The notes under the pieces: generated by a model
What the model was told of the DNA's origin: nothing
The model's database searches: none
The model's input: only the letters and a program-made list of their open reading frames with translations
In this document: positions 55,854-60,508 of the stretch, one piece after another
How the letters are laid out: the number at the start of each line of letters is the position of its first letter
Position numbering within the stretch: position 1 is the stretch's first letter
Source of the DNA: an uncultured Nitrososphaerales archaeon
Lineage (GTDB): Archaea > Thermoproteota > Nitrososphaeria > Nitrososphaerales > Nitrososphaeraceae
Assembly: GCA_963709405.1 (NCBI GenBank)
Contig: CAVPXM010000065.1
Coordinates: forward strand, 1 to 60,508
Length of the DNA: 60,508 nt
Direction: 5' to 3'
Program-made: the position numbers and the translations under genes

Positions 55854-56893
55854 ATGAGGGATACATTCCTCAGATTGCTTACAAATAATGAAAAGAATAG
55901 GTTACATGATAGCATACTTGAGGATAGAGAATCTGGATACCGTGCAAAGATTATTCTTCTTAAGGATGATGGATACACAGTTCCTGAAATAAGGAAGGCA
56001 ACTAACCATCATGATAGCAACATAAGAAAATGGATTCATCGTTTCAATGAAAAAGGTATAGATGGAATAGCATCAAAAATACACAAGCATAAACCAATCA
56101 AAATATCTGACGATATGGAGAATAAGATTGTGGAGATAGCAACCAAAAATTCAAGAAAAGATTATGGATTACCATTTTCCACATGGTCATTAAGAGTACT
56201 AGCAGGATTTGTCTCCAAGGAGATGAGCCTTGTAGATGCTATCAGCCACACCGAGGTTAGAAATATCCTCCTAAAACACGGAATAAAATATAGGCAGTCA
56301 AAGATTACTCTGGGATACAGCCTAGATCCTGAATATCATTTGAAAAAAAGAGAATTGAAGAACTAAGATACAGTAACCTGTCTTCTGACTCAGGACCACT
56401 CTACGAGGATGAGAAAGGACCGATAGTAGCAAAAACATATGGCGGTACATCTTGGTCCTCTACACAGTCTAAGGTATCCAAAGCTCAAAAGACAAAGGGA
56501 ATTCTAAACGTGTTTGGTATATACGATTATACCAATGATCAAATGTGGACGCATGGCTACAAAAAGAAAACCGGAAAACAGTTTTTAGATTTTATCAAAA
56601 GAATGGACCAAAAGTATGACGATAGTATCAAGCAGATATTTCTGATACTTGATAACGCATCGATACATAAATCAAACAAGGTGAAAGCAGTATTATCCAA
56701 ATATCATCCAAGGATACACCTTGTATTTCTTCCCACCAGATCACCCGAGCTCAATCTGATAGAGGTAAGATGGCTATGGATGCAACGACAAGCAATAAAC
56801 AATTCCACCTTTCAAAATGAACGTGATATAGGTAAAGCAGTATCTGATTGGGCATGTGATTATAATAAAAACATAGAGGCAAAACTAGTATAA
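55854..56893 (+). mobile_element. IS630-family transposase, HTH and DDE parts joined by a -1 shift at an A7 run
   Basis: IRKWIHRFNEKG and WSLRVLA; the -1 frame from 56348 gives YEDEKG, ILDNASIH and SPELNLIE. Element ends not resolved. Confidence 0.88.
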
Positions 56894-57170
56894 ACAGTTT
56901 ACATGGAGAAAGCATCTACATGTTTACATAACTCTTAACTGATGTTTCGATGGATCAAAGACCCTAATAATTTAAGATTAATCTAACGCCAATAAATAGG
57001 CGCACATTGTGTAATTTTGATATCTCTAGAGCATATTCTTCAAATGAGGAACACAAACAAGCAAAATCGCTCAGAGAGTGTAATCAGCAAATAACATGCG
57101 GATTGTCAAATAATAATAATACTATTATTATACTAATAATAATACTATTTCTGTATCTAGATTCCCATAG

Positions 57171-57740
57171 TCACCGAAATAAATGCGAAATCTGTAATTC
57201 TATCATATCCAGATCCTTAGTCCCGATCAAGTCATAAACGATTGTTTGTCTTCTAAACGATTCAACCTCATTAAGAGAACATGTCAAGACAGGATAAGGA
57301 GCAACTGCACCTGTAATTCTACCATTCCCATTAACCCCATTTTTATGCAAGGATAGTAATGCCTGACCCGATCTATGACCCTTTACATCTATACCACAAA
57401 CGATAATATGATGTAAGCTTGGATTTTTTAATCTGAACTTTATCATCTCATCTATTCCCCTGTTTTCCGATAGCAATCTCCCAGCAATCAATATTTTATT
57501 CATTATGCGACTGGCCTTGGAGATTTCTCTTAGTAAATCCATACTTGAAAGGGTACAAATGGCAATAACCGATCCCTTTCCAAAGTAATATTCCTGATTA
57601 ATGGGGACTATATTTTCACACACTTTTCCAATAGCATTATCAAATTTCCTTCTAAGGATCGCGAATAAATCTTCATCTGGATCGTGCCCAGAAAACATAA
57701 TTATATGCACATTCCCCAAGAACCCTCGATAGTCATCCAA
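57171..57740 (-). CDS. Stand-alone MtrA-like (corrinoid-binding) domain protein
   Basis: IAICTLSS, SENRGID, NPSLHHIIVCG, GHRSGQAL, GAVAPYP. Confidence 0.85.
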   Translation of the reverse strand: MDDYRGFLGNVHIIMFSGHDPDEDLFAILRRKFDNAIGKVCENIVPINQEYYFGKGSVIAICTLSSMDLLREISKASRIMNKILIAGRLLSENRGIDEMIKFRLKNPSLHHIIVCGIDVKGHRSGQALLSLHKNGVNGNGRITGAVAPYPVLTCSLNEVESFRRQTIVYDLIGTKDLDMIELQISHLFR

Positions 57741-58186
57741 TATATATTAGATCTTTCTCAGATGAGGACGAAAATCAAATCACCAGCGATCGTATGTCTA
57801 GTAGTCTATATTTTCTCGTGGAATCAATTCGTACTTTCTAAATAATCTATAAAAAAGGTATCAATCTCATAGGATTCTCTAGGCAGGTATTGATAAGAAT
57901 ATACTAGAGACGCTGAACCTTAAAGGCATCGATCTAATATTAGGCGTGATCGAAACTAGTCCCTTCTTCATAATCATAACCCATGTATGAGCTATTTGCC
58001 CTGACTTGCTGGATATCACCCTGGTTGCGATTTGACAGCGTTTGTTTATCCTAAAAATAATAAATAAGGTAGAACAAGTGCCCTGACTGCGTAGAAAGGA
58101 GGTTAAGATAAGCCCAAAGAAATACCCCAAGTGACAGTAATGCGTGTATTATTATATTCTATATATATGTATGATATAGTAAATTA

Positions 58187-58825
58187 TTGCGTCAAGAACC
58201 AAAAAGAAAGTTAATAAAAAAGGGAGCAGAGGCAGACATTTTCCTAATCAGTTGGTTTGGAGAGAAGGCTATCTCAAAACTAAGAAAACCAAAGCCATAT
58301 CGAAATGCATTGCTTGATAGCGAAATTCGCAAAAAAAGAACAATTCACGAAGCTAATATGCTTTCTGCTACGAAGATAGCAAAAGTACCGTCTCCATTTG
58401 TGTATTTTGTCGATCCCATCCACGCAGAGGTCATAATGGAGTGTATAGAGGGCGAGAATGTAAAGGCTATAATTGATCCCCAATTGGCAGCAGAAATAGG
58501 AAGACATACTGCTCGCATACATTCTAGAAACATCATTCATGGGGATCTTACAACTTCAAATTTTATTTTTGATAAGTTGCATCAGAAACTTACGGTTATC
58601 GATTTTGGGCTTTCCTATTTTTCCGAGCGTGTTGAAGATATGGCAGTAGATATACGTTTGATTAAGGAGATTCTCATGAGTGCCTATGCCAATGACTACG
58701 AGGAACTATTCTCTGGTTTTTTGATGGGTTATAAAGATATCTGTGGTGATAATCAGTTGACGGCTAAAATACTAAGTACTGTCCGAGCGATAGAAAGACG
58801 CGGTAGATACGCGAGAATGACTTGA
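58187..58825 (+). CDS. bud32: KEOPS kinase/ATPase Bud32
   Basis: KGAEA, RTIHEA, HGDLTTSN, IDFGLS, ERRGRY. Confidence 0.95.
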   Translation: MRQEPKRKLIKKGAEADIFLISWFGEKAISKLRKPKPYRNALLDSEIRKKRTIHEANMLSATKIAKVPSPFVYFVDPIHAEVIMECIEGENVKAIIDPQLAAEIGRHTARIHSRNIIHGDLTTSNFIFDKLHQKLTVIDFGLSYFSERVEDMAVDIRLIKEILMSAYANDYEELFSGFLMGYKDICGDNQLTAKILSTVRAIERRGRYARMT

Positions 58826-59015
58826 GGAATTGTTGTTGAGAACAGCTTTAGACAATAGCGAGCTTTGTTTCAGTGCCCCCAAAAGTGGCTTCACCTACAT
58901 CCCTTAATGCAATATCCCTTAACAGTTTGTATGCTAGGCAGATATCTGAAACGACGACGAATATGCCGACGAAAATGACGATAAATTTATATTTTTATAA
59001 TTATGATAAACCTTA

Positions 59016-60200
59016 TTGAGAATTTCGACATCTGACCAGACGAGACAAGAAGCTATAGCGAAATGGCTCAGTGGATGGCCTAGGGACAAAATCGCCGGGG
59101 AGCTTGGGATAGGTGCGGGCACAGTCACTAATATTATTGCAAATTGGACTAATGAGGTAGGAACTCCGACAGCTGCTTCTCTCAGGGAATTAAGCGTAGA
59201 AATTCGAAGGGCAGGTATGGGTATTCGTGATTGTGCAAGGGGGCTTCGGATTATGCGGATATTGTCCAGCAGGATGGGAGACGATGAGATTAGTCAAATT
59301 GAATTATTTGTAAATAAAGTATATAATAAATGTAAATATTTGAATATTTCTCCTGATCATTTAGTTGAAATAGCGAGTGAGATATGGGAACTATCTAAAA
59401 TCATGCCGACATCACACATTTCTACTTATTTGAATGAAAAGTTGAAGGAGAAAGAGAGTTTGGAAGCCGAGATAAGGAAGATTAATAAAGAGAAAGACCT
59501 TGCAGAGGTGAATTACAAGGAAAGTCTCTATCGATCTAATATAACAGCCCAAGCACTAGAAGAATATGAGATGGTTCGCGCTTATCTTTCGGGATATGGC
59601 TTAGGGACGGCTGATCTTCATAAATTGATGCTGGCTCTTCAAAATGTGGAGAAGTATGGATTTGATATTGATCAAATTATGAAGAAAATTTCAAATAACC
59701 AATCACTTGCCGATGAAGAACTGGACTTACGTAAGAAATTAGCGCTAGGACGAGAAGAATTGGAGAGCCACTAAGAATACTAGCAAAGTTTTAGAAATGG
59801 ACATGGAGCAAAATGCGATAAAAATAAGTTACTACGACGATTTGAGTTCTCTAGGTTTCGGCCTTGAAGAGATGAAAAGTCTTAAGAATGCTTTAGTAGA
59901 AATTGCCGAGGCCAAGAATAGCGGCAGTTCAGCTAGTAATCCAGCGGATACAGTTAAGCTTTTCTTCAAAAGATTGGAAGAATACGGGGATTTGGAGGCT
60001 AGAATAAAATCACTTAAAGAAGAAAAAAATGGTATTGAAGAGGCACGTAACTTACTCATTAATGAGATGAAGGATTTTGCATCGGACAGACAAAAAAGGA
60101 TGTAAAAGAAATGTCCAATATGGCAATTGAAGCGATAAAGATGGCTTATGAGCGGAATAATAGGAATTCCGCTCAAAATACAACCTGATAAATGTTTTTA
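59016..60200 (+). CDS. HTH plus long coiled-coil protein, frameshifted near 59768 and 60090
   Basis: KWLSGWPRDKIAGELGIGAGTVTNII HTH, paralog of 16111..16389; heptad-rich continuation in 59797..60105. Confidence 0.75.
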
Positions 60201-60508
60201 GATAATCTTAAAAAATAGGTAAGCAGGACAATTCCTTGTTGAATTTGATGCAACCTGACGTCAGCTATATTAATAAATTGTTGATACAAATTACATATGT
60301 TATAATATTTGGCATACCAGCTGCTCGCGATAATCTATCTGTTATATAGAAAGGGAATCTTATAACCGGTGACTTAATTTTTTATATTCAGCTGGATACT
60401 AGAATCAAAGTGGGTAGTCTCGCTATAGTTGATCGTTGTACAGTATTAGGGCTTGGGAGTTTGGGGCACATTATCCAGATAACTAGTGGCAAAGAAAGAA
60501 AAGAATAT

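Overview
This is low-GC archaeal DNA, most consistent with a soil Nitrososphaeraceae (thaumarchaeal) genome, judged from radA, truD, ychF, kae1, bud32, thaumarchaeal-type integrase, PQQ sugar dehydrogenase and MtrA-like genes. Housekeeping blocks are embedded in decayed accessory DNA: IS1595, IS5 and IS630 elements and remnants, a tRNA-Ala 3'-end att scar, a tyrosine integrase and many gene fragments (TIR, HEPN-like, globin, TPR, RHH). Five observations stand out. (1) Most ORF-free gaps contain 200-400 nt multi-stem elements with nested 8-10 bp helices, G.U pairs, loop-loop complementarity and, in several cases, a correctly spaced TATA box; these are candidate large ncRNAs I cannot assign to a known class. 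(2) A perfectly phased 7 x 11-bp ATYTGAC array lies upstream of an HTH-coiled-coil gene. (3) A bacterial-type XPB gene is paired with a Helicase_C_3/p52-like partner. (4) Six single-base frameshifts abut GCWGC, suggesting methylation-linked sequencing errors rather than true pseudogenes. (5) A tiny secreted His-rich peptide is encoded near 43.5 kb. No CRISPR array, rRNA, complete tRNA or reverse transcriptase was seen. All RNA structures were folded by eye and need computational confirmation.
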